In this document: positions 49,370 through 61,810 of the stretch, piece by piece
Numbering within the stretch: the stretch's first letter is position 1
Layout of the letters: each line of letters starts with the position of its first letter
Source: Peribolospora baueri
Lineage: Eukaryota
NCBI GenBank assembly: GCA_029717555.1
Contig: JAMDHS010000066.1
Coordinates: 1 to 64,000 of the forward strand
DNA length: 64,000 nucleotides
Direction of reading: 5' to 3'
Position numbers and translations under genes: made by a program
The notes under the pieces: model-generated
Told to the model about the DNA's origin: nothing
Database searches by the model: none
The model's input: only the letters and a program-made list of their open reading frames with translations

Positions 49370-50255
49370 ATGGCCACTGAGCAGAGTGAGTGAGCGAGCG
49401 AGCGTGTGTGTGTGTGTGCTGCGTCTGCGTCGTGTCGTCGCCCTCCTCGGCCCCCGCCCCGATCGTCGAGCTCATCCTCCCTTTTCCGCACGCCTCGTCA
49501 GCCTACATCATGATCAAGCCTGGTGTGTCTGCGACCGACCTTCTCACATCGTGTGCCCCCGTCCTCACCCGCGCCGTCTCGTCGTTCCTTCTTCCTCTCC
49601 TCTTCTCCCCCGAATCCTTGTCCTTGTCCAGACGGCGTCCAGCGCGGCCTCGTCGGCGAGATCATCTCCCGCTTCGAAAAGCGCGGCTTCTCCCTCGTCG
49701 CCATGAAGATGGTCCACCCTACCAAGGAGCACCTTGAGGAGCACTATGCCGACCTCAAGGGCAAGGGCTTCTTTAACGGCCTCATCGCTTACATGTCCTC
49801 TGGCCCCGTCGTCGCCATGGTCTGGCAGGGCAAGGACGTTGTCAAGCAGGGTGAGCGAGCGAGCGAGCCAGCGGGCGATGGATACGGGCGAGCGAGCGAG
49901 CGAGCGAGCGATAGATATATAGATAATCCACGACGCTAACCCGGTTCAATTCTCTCTCTCCCCGCCAGGTCGCGCCATGCTTGGCGCCACCAACCCCCTC
50001 GCCTCCGCCCCCGGCACCATCCGCGGCGACTTTGCCATCGACGTCGGCCGCAACATCTGCCACGGCTCGTGAGTGTCTTCTCCCCGTCGTTCGTCCGCAC
50101 TCGCACGGCACTGACAAACGGGAATATGCGTGTGCGCGTGTCTTCGTCTTTCCAGCGACGCCGTCGAGTCGGCCAAGAAGGAGATCTCCCTCTGGTTCGG
50201 CCAGGAGGGCGTCATCTCTTACAAGAAGGCCCAGGACGTCTGGATCTACGAGTAG
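49370..50255 (+). CDS. NDK1: nucleoside diphosphate kinase
   Basis: [28 protein letters not shown]...[33 protein letters not shown]...WIYE*. Confidence 0.97.
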
Positions 50256-50832
50256 ACTAGATAGATTCCCTTTTGTACCCCTCTCCTATCTTCTGACACG
50301 ATGCGGTGGAATTGGAATACGCAATCCCCCTTTCCCTCTCCTTCTTTCTCGTCTTCTCGCCGGTCGGATAGACCTTCTGTCTAGTCGAAACCACGCCGGC
50401 GCGCATCCGAACAGAAGCAGCGCAATCTTTGCTTCCATCTCCGTTCCGTGGCTTACTTGCTAATTAACCGCCTGTCTGGCCCAACGCATTCGCTCCTGCG
50501 CCTACTCCTACTCCTGCTCCTCCTCCTGCTTGAGGCTTGAGACACAGGCTGAGGCTCCACTCCACGAGGCGCGCCCTTGGAACTGGCTCAGACTTGCCAG
50601 ACGGCACGCTGTCCAGACGTACCGATCGACCGACCGACCGACCGACGAACGGACGATGGATAGACGGACGGATGGATCGATCGATCCCTGACGGTGGCAC
50701 GGCTCATCACTGTCAACCTCCTCACGCCGTCGTCTTCACATAAAGTCCCTCTACATTCCCGCGCGCGCAAGGTAGTACAGACGGACGAAGAAATGGGTCC
50801 ACATCGCCCCACGAGCGCCCCCCCGCTCATCA

Positions 50833-53800
50833 TCACGCCGTCACGAGCGGCGCCGTCGTGGCCGCCTTCTGCGCGATAGTGATCCGATCGCCGAGGGAGA
50901 GCGCGATGCCCTGCGTCTTGGAACGGATCCGCACGTGCCCTTGCACCGTTCCGTTCTCCAGTCGCTCGATAGACAGGTTCGCCAACGCATCTTCGCCTAG
51001 AGACCGCGTAGACAGAACGGTGGGACGGAGGATGAGTGAGTCGGCAGCGGTTCATCGACGATCAAGAACTGACAAAGGCGGACCGACACTCACCGAACAA
51101 GCTGCGAGCGTACATGTTCGCAGACAAAAACCCACAATCCCCGGACAGCGCGGCGTCGGGAGTGAGGCAGGACATGTTGGTAGATTTCATGATGTGGTCG
51201 AGGTATGCGCGCAGATCGCTGTTTCCCACCATCATCCAGACGAGCGGCGACGACAAGGGATCGTTAGAGACGGTACCCGACTCGGCCTGGACAGTCACTA
51301 CTCACCCTATGTTGGTATTCACGTTGACCTTGTTCTCCCACTCAAACTCGGTCCACATTGCTCTGAACTGCGCCTCGTTGCAATAAGCGGGCTTGATGTA
51401 ATCCATAATGTCGACGTGCACGTCGTTGAGCACAACGTACTTGGTATCCGCAGCGCTGACGGATTCGTAGATGATGTTGCCGAAGATGACGCCCGTCTCC
51501 GTCGACGACACCTTAATCGTCGCCTTGATGCTATGGAAGCTGTGCGGGCCCAACGTGTGTGGCGTCGGACGCTCTACCAACTTGAGGTCGCCGAGCGTAG
51601 CGAACTCGATCGACAGGTTCTGAAGCGTCTCCGTCGTCTGGTTCACCACCAGCACGTCTGGCAGTGTTCGGGTACAGTATAGATGCCGTCAGCTGGCCAC
51701 AAACACCTTCGCCCGAGCAGCAGCGACTACCGAGGACTCACCGAGGAGTATATCGAACTGATGGACGTTGACATATGCCTCCGCGTAGACGGGATCCGAG
51801 AAACCTGCAAGAGCAAGTTTAAAAATGAGCGTTTTTTCTGTCTAGGAGCGGCGCGACGAGGCTCACCGGTCAATTGAACGACCCTGCTGAGCTTGGAGAT
51901 GAAATCATCCGACTTTGCCGCCGCCCCCGTCGCCTTCGTCAAGTCTGCCTCGTACTCGTCCGCATCGGTGGCCGAGGCCTTCTTAGAGAACTGGCGGAAC
52001 GAGAGACAATCGTCCGCCTGCACTTTAACCGTCTTCGACTCTCTTGCCGCCTCCTCCTTCGCCTTCTTCTCCTCGTGCGCGATCATTTTGGAGTAAGCGG
52101 TCTTGGTGTCCCGAAGGAAGACGTCCGCGACCGGCTTGGTCTCGTGCTCGATCTGCGCCAGCGTCTGCACGCACGTCATGATCCTCTCCTGCGAGTCCTC
52201 GTCGATGGGCGTCGCGGCGAACTTGGATTGTCCCACTCGGACGACGGAGGTCATGATCAGCATAGCTTCTGCTCGCAAGGCGTTCACCGCTCGTGAGTCG
52301 CTCGAGAGCTCGGAGAAACGAAGGATGAGCTTGGTCAGCGTGGAGGCGAGCACAGACCCAGTGTAGAAATCGCCAGCGAGGATGAGACCTAGAGATTCAG
52401 GCGAAGACAGAGAGGGGAACATGTCAACATTGTCCTAGTCGGGAAGGCGCAAATTCGGGGAGCGAAAGAGATCGTCGTCGCTCACTTCTCAACGGAGGCT
52501 TGCTAGCAGCCTTGACGGCGTCCAACCTAGCCTGCTCGTTGGAAGAGCTGGTAAAGGCCGTCTCGGTGGCGTAAGTGCCATCAGCGCGGACTCTGCTGAC
52601 CGTCTTGGGTTGAGTGGCCAGGTCAATCAACTGATTCTGCTGCTGCCCTTCCTCGCCTTCTCCCTCCACCTTGGTCTCATCCAACAACCGCTCCTCAGAG
52701 GCTAAAATCGGCACCTCGCCGATCACCTTTCGGATTTGCTGCAGAGCCTCCTTGATGCCGTCCACACCGGCACAGTACTCTCCTACGATCCACAACGCTC
52801 CGCGGAAAACCTTGCCCGTCTTGATGTCGGCAAAGGTGCGGAGCAACTGCTCGACTATCGACTCCCGCAAAGCCGGGAACTTCTCCACCACCTCGCTGAG
52901 ATGGATGGAAGCGAGAACAAAGAACAAAACGCGCACATGAGTCAGACATCCATAGCGATACACGCGACGGCTGACGAGCAACTGGACGAACGCACCGGAC
53001 GAAGGCGATCACGTCCACCGCCGAGGGGTTGTTCGAATCGCCGAGGAAATTTATGAGCACATGGACGACATTGGAGGCCACTTCAGAGAATTTGATAGCG
53101 CAGGAGTGAATGCTCTGTATGAGCAGTTGGCGGTATTCCACATTCTTCGAAAGTGGGAAGGAGGGCAAACGAGATGTCAGCGACCACATCGGAATGCAAC
53201 GGAATATATTGGTAACTCCTTCGAACGAGGAATTCCCCAACGCTCACTCACCTTCTCATAGTCTGCCTCGGTAGTCTTCGCCAACTCCTTCTTCAAGAAA
53301 AGCACCACTTCCTCCACGTTCCTGCTCGACACCATCTCCAACGCAATGTGCAGGGCCTTTCGGCGGACCTCCATGTCCGGGCTGGAGAGTACGCGAAGGA
53401 CCTCCATGACGAGGCTGTCAAGGACGTGCTCGTGTCGAGAGCGAAGCTTGTCCAGCCGCTCGAGGACAATGAGCTTGACGTTGTTGTCTGCTTCTTTGAC
53501 CACCAGCTCGATTAAGCAGGATGCCGCGGCTGATTGGAAGCAGCACGGGGAGGCGATGGAGGGGTAATGGAACAGCGGCCGTCAGTTTCGTACCGTTGTT
53601 TCCACTGCCGCCGACTGGCGCTCGTCGCATTCCTGTCGGAAAGCAAGGGAGGCAAAGGCGACATCCAGGCGACACCCACCTTTAACAGCCGCGGGGTTCT
53701 GGGTAAGGGTGGTGAGCGTCGTCGCGGCTTCGTATTTGACCGAGTGAGAAGAAGCGTTCAAGAGCTCGAAGATGGCCCGGATGTAGCGAGCCTTGGTTGA

Positions 53801-54927
53801 AGCCGAAGCCGGACAGAGGTACGACCGTTGTCAGTTCTCGTCACATAAAGGTACACGCCATATCACGCTCCACCTTCCCCACTCACCTTGTGCGGCGAGT
53901 CGCCCCGGCAATCCTTCCTAATGAGCTCAATGGCGGAAAGCTGCATGAGGTCGTCCAGCGTTGCGATCTGGTCGAAGATGCTCATCAGATACTGCACCGC
54001 CAACGGCTGGGCTAGGTTAATCAGGAGAGTGAAGGCATTGCGGCGGCAAGTCGTGTCTGCTTCCTGTTTTTCACGAGTTAGACCAGACTGGGTCAGCCTC
54101 ATCTGCACTGACAGCGGATGAGAGACATCCTCGATGCACCAGCAAGAACGATCAAATACGTACTGCCGCCAAGAACGTCTGCATGAGCTCCGGAGCATCC
54201 GAGATGAGCTGCTCGTTGGAACGGAAGATGGAGTAGACAGCGAAGACGGCGTTCTTGCGCACAAAAGAGTGGCGGTGTTCGAGGCAGGAGCGGACGGTGG
54301 GTATGAGGGGCTCGAGGAGTTCCGGCTCCTTGACCTTTTGGAGGAAGCGAAGCGTCGAGCCACGAATGTACTCATTAGGGTGTTGCTATGTGCCGGGACG
54401 GCAGCAACGGTGGGTGGACAGGAACATGTCAGATACAGTGACTGGAAAGAAAGGAAAAGACGGGACAAAGACCAGGATGGAAAGGAAAGAGTTATCTCAC
54501 CAAGTCATTCCGCAGGGCGTTACAGACGAGAATCATCTCCTGCTTGAGCTTCCCATTATCATCGTACTTGGGGCAGATCTCCCAGTAGAAGTGAAGGAGC
54601 TTCTTGATCTGCTTGTTTTTTGACGGGAGAACGTACTGGATGATGGGCATGAGAAGGGTAGGCTGGTGGAGGATGCAAGCGATGAAGAATGGCCGACGAC
54701 GTGGTCAGTACGCTCCATTGCTCGCGAGCTAGCCATCGAAAGGGAGGATGTAGCTAAATACCTACCTGTGGACTGCCATTAAGCGTAGCGACAATGATCC
54801 TCCTGAGCGTGTCCAATTTGCTCTCGTCGGAACCCCGCTGAAGCGTCTCTCTAAGCTCGTTGGTGGGTAGATCGACGCCATCGGTGGGCGCGACGATAGT
54901 GTAGGCGATGGCGTCTGGGGACGCCAT
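50833..54927 (-). CDS. SEC26: coatomer subunit beta (beta-COP)
   Basis: [96 protein letters not shown]. Confidence 0.96.
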
Positions 54928-55492
54928 GGTGGTCGGTTGGGAAAACGGACGTCAAGGTCGTGGGCGTCAAGGGGCAGCACGGCCGGCGTGTGAGAGGGCG
55001 AGAAGAGGAGCCGGCGGAGGGAGGTAGGGAAGGGGAGAAGAGAAGGTGCGATGGAGGTGATACGGGTGGACGACAGGAAGAACCGCTGAGTGCCAACTCA
55101 AGTCGCACCTCGCGCGTCGATCCGAGCCAGCTGTGCCCGCCCGCCCAGCCGCGGTTGCCGCAGCAGCTCCCTTCCCACGCCGCCGGCCAAGGCACGCACG
55201 CGCTCGATCACTTGGCCAGGGCGTACGAGCTTGAGCGGAGGGAGTAAGAAGAAAGAAGCATGCAACGGCACTACGACGACGACGACTACGACGACGGCGA
55301 CGAAAAGTAGCGGCGGCTGTCAGCAAACTACCTGATCTCCAGCGCCTTTCGCAGTTATTCTTTCCATTTCCCGAGGTTGTCTGCCGTCCAGGCTCGCCAA
55401 CGCCGCTCGAGCCGGGCCGCCGGACCACGTCCCGATCACCTCGTCGACATATTCTCCCTCCTCGCCGCACCACCCCCAACGCCCGTGCGACC

Positions 55493-58400
55493 ATGTTCGA
55501 AAAATCGCTTTCAGACCTGATCAAAGGTCTGCGCTCGAACAAGAAGGACGAGGCCAAGTATATCGCCGGCGTCGTCGACGAGATCCGACATGAGGTCAAG
55601 AGCGGGGACATGGAGGTCAAGGCGGGCGCCGTGCTCAAGCTGACTTATGTGCGTGTCACCCCGCAGTCGGGTCAGAGGCGAAGAGACATGAAGAAGGACC
55701 ATAACCTCTTCCGATCCACCTGCGTTCTGATGCCTCGTATGCTCCCTCGCTCATTCGGCACAGCTCCAAATGCTCGGCTACGACATGTCCTGGGCAGCCT
55801 TCCACATTGTCGAAGTCATGGCCTCCCCGCGCTACCACCTCAAACACATCGGCTATCTCGCCGCCGCCCAATCCTTCCGACAGGATACGGACGTGCTCAT
55901 GCTGACGACCAATCTCCTTAGGAAGGTGAGCAAGCTGTACAGTGGGCCGCCGCGGTGCATCGACCGTTTCCATTTGTCGTGCTATCTCACTGATTCATTT
56001 TGCTTCTGCTTCGTTGCCCTCAGGACCTCGCATCAAACCCACTAGATATTGCATTGACCCTCAACGGCGTCTCTTCCATCTTCACTCCAGACCTCGCGCG
56101 CGACCTGTCCCCAGACATCGTCGCCATGCTCAACCACTCTCGTCCGGCTATTCGGAAACGAGCCGTCCTCGTCCTCTATCACGTCATTCGCAGGTGGCCC
56201 GACACGCTTGAGCCGGCTTTCGAGAGACTACGAGAGAAATTGGAGGACCCCGATTTGGGTGCGTAGCGGCTTGTCGTGCATGTTAGCATTGCAGAGTGCA
56301 GTCGTGTGCGTTCAAAGATTGACGTTTCTGCCTTTGGTACGTACACATGTCTTCCCTCTTTTGAAGGAGTCGCATCTGCAAGCGTCAACATTCTACTCGA
56401 GCTGGCGCGAAGAGATCCTCGACCATACCTGCCGCTCGCTCCGCAACTCTTCCAGCTGCTGACCACTTCCACGAACAACTGGATGCTGATCAAGATCATC
56501 AAGCTTGTGCGTACGCTTATTCCTCGTCTATAATGTCTCGGCGCTGCTCTTCCTGATCGTCGGCATCCTTTCTTTGGTTGTTTCCTTTTGTTCCCGTTCA
56601 TGCGGTCATTTAGTTCGGCGTCCTGACTCCCTTCGAGCCTCGACTGGTGCGCAAGCTCCTCCCTCCGATAACGACCATCATTTCCACCACACCAGCCATG
56701 TCGCTCTTATATGAATGCATCCACACCGTCATTATCGGTGGTATGCTCACCGGACCAACCGGGGACTCGCTCGCTCAGTCTTGCGTAGACAAGTTGGCTA
56801 CATTCTTGGAAGATCAGGATCAGAACCGTGAGCGTCCTTGCTTCCCTTAGCCCTCGTTCCTGGCAGTAGCTCATGTAACGCTCGACGCTGAATGCTCTCT
56901 ACTTTTCTCCTGGTAGTCAAATTCATTTCTCTTGTCTCTTTGACCAAGATCCTTCCGACGCACGCGCACCTCGTCGCCGAGCACCAAGAGAACATCTTTT
57001 CCTCCATGGACGACTCGGACCTCTCGATCCGCATGCGCGCGCTCGACCTAGTCTCAGGCATGGTCACGCGTCGCAACCTGTACCAGATTGTTCAGCAGCT
57101 CATGGCTCACCTCCAACCTCCGACATATTCGTCCGCTTCTGTCGGTGCTGGTGCCGCGACAGCGAGTCTGTCTGCAGCTCTCAGTTCTGCGAGCGGAGCG
57201 TCTGCGAGCGCCGCCGCTACGGCCGCGGCGAGCACTTCCTCCCCCTCCTACCGCCTCACGGTGGTCAAGCGTGTCCTCACACTTTGCGCCGCCGACACCT
57301 ATTCCAACGTTATGAACTTCGAATGGTATCTCTCCGTCCTCGTCGAACTGGCCTACATTTCAGGAGTGGAGGTCGGCACGGAATTGCGAGACCAGATTGT
57401 GGACATTTGCGCGCGCGTCAGGGCGGTGAGGAGTTTCGCTGTCGCGCGCATGGCCAGGTTGCTCGGCGACCAGGCGTTTGTGGAGGGCGCAGGGAAGGAG
57501 GGTGGGAATGGAGAGGTGCTAACGGCAGCTGCTTGGGTCGTTGGGGAGTATTGCAGGTGAGCGAAGTGTGGCTTGTAAAGCAATGAAAGGAAGCATCGTC
57601 GCGATGTTTCCCTTCCTCCTCGTCGCGGATGGGCTGACAAGCAGCTAATTCCCCCCTCTTCGCCTCGCTTCCAGCGAACTTCAACACCCGCCAAGTGTAT
57701 TGCCCTCTCTGCTCCAACCTGCCATCGCCACGCTCTCCCCCGATACCGTCGTTGTCTGTTTGCACAATGCCGTCAAGATGTTCTCATTCTGGGCTGGCGA
57801 GGTTGCGGAGCGGTGGGAGGAAGACGCGCTAGAAGAAGTCAAGAGCATTGCCGACCTGGTCCTGGCCGGCCTGGAGCCCTTCCGTGTGAACCCACATATT
57901 GAGTTGCAAGAACGAGCGGGGAACTTGCATCAACTCTTTCGCCTTTTGCGACGAGACCTGGATGCTCCACGTCCCCAGCTTCCGGCTCCCTTGCCAGCCA
58001 GCATGGACGACCCTGCCTTGGCGGCCTTCATGGACGATGCAGCACGACCCTCAGAAGCGCCTACCGCTCCCAGGGGCTTGTCCCTCCTCTCGCCTCTCTT
58101 CTTCATCCACGAGCTCGGTCCTGTAGCTGAACGAGCGCAGTCCAAAGTGACCGTGCCGGAAGGCCTTGACCTGGACGCCTGGATCGTCGATCCCGCCGGG
58201 GAGGTGTCGGTGGTGTGCGGCGACAGCGATGTAGAGGCGGACGAGGTCACGGCGACGATAGTGTACGGCGGCTCCGAGGGAAGCAAACGGCGGAAGGGCA
58301 AGGGCCGTGCGAAGGAGGGGGACGTGTACGGCTTGTCCATTGGGATAGGGTACGAAGAGGAGGACGCGCGAGCGGTGGAGGAGGACGAGCAGAAGGCGAG

Positions 58401-58899
58401 GGAGCTGAGGGAGAAGCAGCGCGTGGAGAGGTTTGAGCGCATGCGAGAAGATCCTTACTATCTCGGACCCTCTGTCGGCGCCGCCGCACCGGCACTGCAA
58501 CCGCCAACGACAGCAAGAGCGGCCACACCATCAGGTACAGGGACTCCGTCAGGCGCGGAAGAGGACGAGGACGACGTGGACTCGATCCCGATCGTCAAGA
58601 TCGATTTCGACATGCCTTCCTTCTACCTAACCAGATCTGGATCCCCCAGTCAGGCTCCCGCGCTGACGAGCTCAGCAGCGCCTCCTGTCGTGGAAATGGA
58701 AGGGGAAATGCCGGAGGAGGTGAAGAAGGTGAAGCGGAAGAGCAAGCCCAAGGTCGCCAAAGTGGCAGGTGTGGACGGAAACGACGCGGGGAGCGACGCA
58801 ACGAACGGCGCAGGACCGAAGAAGGTCAAGAAGAAGGTCAAGGACAAAGATAAGGAGAAAGCGGGGAAGAAGAAGTCGAGGGAGGTCGCTGTCAGTTAG
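55493..58899 (+). CDS. APL5: AP-3 adaptor complex delta subunit
   Basis: MFEKSLSDLIKGLR, MLGYDMSWAAFHIVEVM, DVLMLTTNLLRK, NNWMLIKIIKL, AMSLLYECI, NFEWYLSVLVELA, IELQERA, PVAERAQSKVTVPEGLDLDAWI. Confidence 0.95.
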
Positions 58900-59161
58900 C
58901 GTAGGACAGGTCATAGGAGCGCGACCCCCGGGAATTTTGATTGCATTCTTGCTCAGTTTGCGAGCACGTCGGACGTTCAGGCTTGCTCTTTGGACAAATC
59001 TTGCCCACAATACTCCTTCCAGCCCCATCATAGGCTATGTGATTCCCATTGATTCAAAGAAGGAAAGAAAAGACGAGAACAACAGTACCCTCAACTCGAC
59101 AAAATGAAAACGACGAGAGGCGTTCTTTGCTCGGCCTCTCGAATTCCGACAGGTCTGGAGC

Positions 59162-61033
59162 TCAGCGGCGTACGAAGGGCAACACGATACGGTTGAGATA
59201 CTGTGGGCCGAAATGGAGCTTGTTGACGCAGCCCAGCTTGGCCGCGTTCCTGTCCGCCGGGTCGTCGTGTCGCCAGAAGCCGTTATGGCACGTGTCCTTG
59301 GGCGCGATCTCAAAGGAGAGCCGTGAGCCCTTGTCGACGACGACGTTGGTGGGCCAGATCTCGACGACCAATTCGTACACCTTGCCTGGCTGTAGGAGTT
59401 CCGCATCCGCTCTCTTGTAGTCGCGCCGGGGCTGGTAGGGCTTGTGAAACGGGTGCCGGTCATTGATCTTTCGTAGCGAAGCACGCAGCCAGCCCTTCGC
59501 CACCACAATTGCTCCGCCGTTGCTGCCCGTATAAACGATCTCCTCGCCGTTCGCGTCGAGATGGTGCACGCTGACAAACACGTCCAGGTCCTTGGGCTCC
59601 GACGCTTCGAGAGACATGTACAGCGTCGCCACCGGGTGGCCGGTGAATTCAGTCGCTTCGGCGAACGGCTCGGTGACGAAGTAGATCGACTCGCCCGTCA
59701 GACCTTCGTATTCCATCGTGCCTTGCCCGTCGGACGGCCTGAGCGACAAACTCCTGTCGGCGTTGAGGTAGTACGGCATGTGCTCCGTTCCCGGCAACGG
59801 CCAGGCTGTTTCGGTGCGTGTGGGCATGGCCTGCTCCGCCTCTTCGTTGTCTACGCCGGGGTTTCCCCTGCGCACGACCATGTCAATCGCGGGTACGTCC
59901 ACGTTCGGACCTTTGAGCCAGCCGCGGTCGTCCTCACCCTTGAGGAAGGCGTTCAGGAAGGACAGCTGAAGCGCGGCAGCTTCGGTTCGGTAATAAGGGA
60001 GGTCATGCCTTCCGGTTACGAAGAAGAGCCACTTGTTCTTGGAGGCGGCGTACATGTAGGCCGTCACGTTGCCCCGGAGGTGGAGAGCGTATGCGCCCCA
60101 GTTGGCAACGCTCAGAAGAGGCACCTCGATCTTGGACGGATCGCAGGAGCTGTCGACAAAGAATTCGTCGTCGTCGTGTGACTGCTCGCGAAGGGTGAGC
60201 ACGAAGTCATGGTGGTTTTGCCGCAACTGCTCCTCGGACAGGTCGCCGTCGATCGAGTCAGGACCCCATTTCCTGTCCGCCTTACCCGGCAAACCGTACT
60301 GGTTTGAAGTGACCTGCCTGGGGTACCAGAACTCGAGGAAGCCATTGGAAAGGATACCACCGTGACGAAAAGCGTTATAGTTGTCCAACGCTCCCTCCCA
60401 GGGCACGATGGCGGCCAAGCCCCTAGGCCGGAGCGCGGCGACACGCCACTGTACCACTGCGTAGTACGATACGCCGGTGAGGCCGACCTTGCCCGTAGAC
60501 CATGGCTGATCGGCCGCCCATTCGACGCAGTCGGCAAAGTCGCGCGCCGTCGTACCGCTGAGAATGTCCATCCGTCCCGGGCTCTGGCCCGTCCCCCTCT
60601 CGTCTACGCGCACAACCACAAAACCGCGGGAGACCCAGTAAGGGGGGAAGGGCACCTCCCACGCCGCTTCCGGCCCCTTATGCTCCGGGTTGAGCTCGGC
60701 GTAGGACTTTGGATGGAAGTCGCTATAGGGGATGTCCTTTCCGTAGGGGCCGGACGTCATGAGGACGGGATACCGCGCCTTTCCGCCGCTGTCGCCCACA
60801 TTGTTCTTGCTGTTCGCCGAGGCGAGCGTGTCGAGCGGGCGATAGACGTTGCAGCGGCACAATCCGCCGTCGCGAAGAGGAATGTCAGCGTTGTACTCGA
60901 CGATGTAGGTGCCGTCGTGGGATGGCTTGATGGTCTGGATTGAGTTGGGAGGCGGCATGACGGAGAGCGTTTTTTTGGAAAAAGCGATGGGTTGCCTGGA
61001 AGCAGAGGGGAGGGGGGGTTGGGGGCCAGACAT
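59162..61033 (-). CDS. CocE/NonD family alpha/beta hydrolase (peptidase S15/PepX-like), intronless
   Basis: IPLRDG, GPYGKD, VDERGTGQSPG, VEWAADQPWSTGKVGLTGVSYY nucleophile elbow, C-terminal PepX_C-like GWLRASLR and IWPTNVV. Confidence 0.92.
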   Translation of the reverse strand: MSGPQPPLPSASRQPIAFSKKTLSVMPPPNSIQTIKPSHDGTYIVEYNADIPLRDGGLCRCNVYRPLDTLASANSKNNVGDSGGKARYPVLMTSGPYGKDIPYSDFHPKSYAELNPEHKGPEAAWEVPFPPYWVSRGFVVVRVDERGTGQSPGRMDILSGTTARDFADCVEWAADQPWSTGKVGLTGVSYYAVVQWRVAALRPRGLAAIVPWEGALDNYNAFRHGGILSNGFLEFWYPRQVTSNQYGLPGKADRKWGPDSIDGDLSEEQLRQNHHDFVLTLREQSHDDDEFFVDSSCDPSKIEVPLLSVANWGAYALHLRGNVTAYMYAASKNKWLFFVTGRHDLPYYRTEAAALQLSFLNAFLKGEDDRGWLKGPNVDVPAIDMVVRRGNPGVDNEEAEQAMPTRTETAWPLPGTEHMPYYLNADRSLSLRPSDGQGTMEYEGLTGESIYFVTEPFAEATEFTGHPVATLYMSLEASEPKDLDVFVSVHHLDANGEEIVYTGSNGGAIVVAKGWLRASLRKINDRHPFHKPYQPRRDYKRADAELLQPGKVYELVVEIWPTNVVVDKGSRLSFEIAPKDTCHNGFWRHDDPADRNAAKLGCVNKLHFGPQYLNRIVLPFVRR

Positions 61034-61810
61034 TATAAAGTTTCCAATCTCACCGAGGCTCGTCGACCCCCACCCCCACTTGCTTCGTCAATTTTTACCG
61101 AGTCCCACCCAACGCCCTTGACAATAGGCTGGTTCGCGCTGATCATTTAACATTCACATGTTGGGGGACGGCCCGTGCAGCGGCCCCGGTACCGTTCACT
61201 GAGCCAGTCGATGCCGAGATTTTTCTCGGCACAGGTTCTCCAAGAGCACCCTCCGTACCGCAGACAGGACGTCGACACGTTATCACGGTTAAGGGGATGG
61301 GGTGCCCAGCAGACAGAAGATAAACGGTGGGGAAGATATGATGACAGATAAAATCGGCGATCTCATCCGATCACGTGATAACGAGACATTCAAGGCCGCA
61401 TCAATCCTGGTGACATGAACTGAATTTTGCACAGACCGAAAGTAGAGGCATCTCGATTCGTAGTCGACAAGAAGGAAACCATCGGATTGTAGACAAGCAG
61501 TGGACAAGGCAGGCAGGTGTCGCGAAATTGGGCGAAAAATGGAGAGGGAAGAGCAGGAGGATTGGGGGAACAGACCGGTCAATCTTGACGGGCCAGCAGA
61601 GTAAAGGGAGGGGAGGGGGGAAAGATTGGCGAGCTTGGACGCAAGCGGCGAGAATAAGGACGGTTTTTCTTCTCCTTTCCAATGAGGGATTGGCAAAGCG
61701 AATCTCCTCTCTCCCCATCTTCATGAAAACGACCCTCAACTGGCAAGCCAGATCCACGCGCCCACCAGCCTGTATTCGGTCTAAGAGGCCGAGGACTAGC
61801 CCAGAGACGT

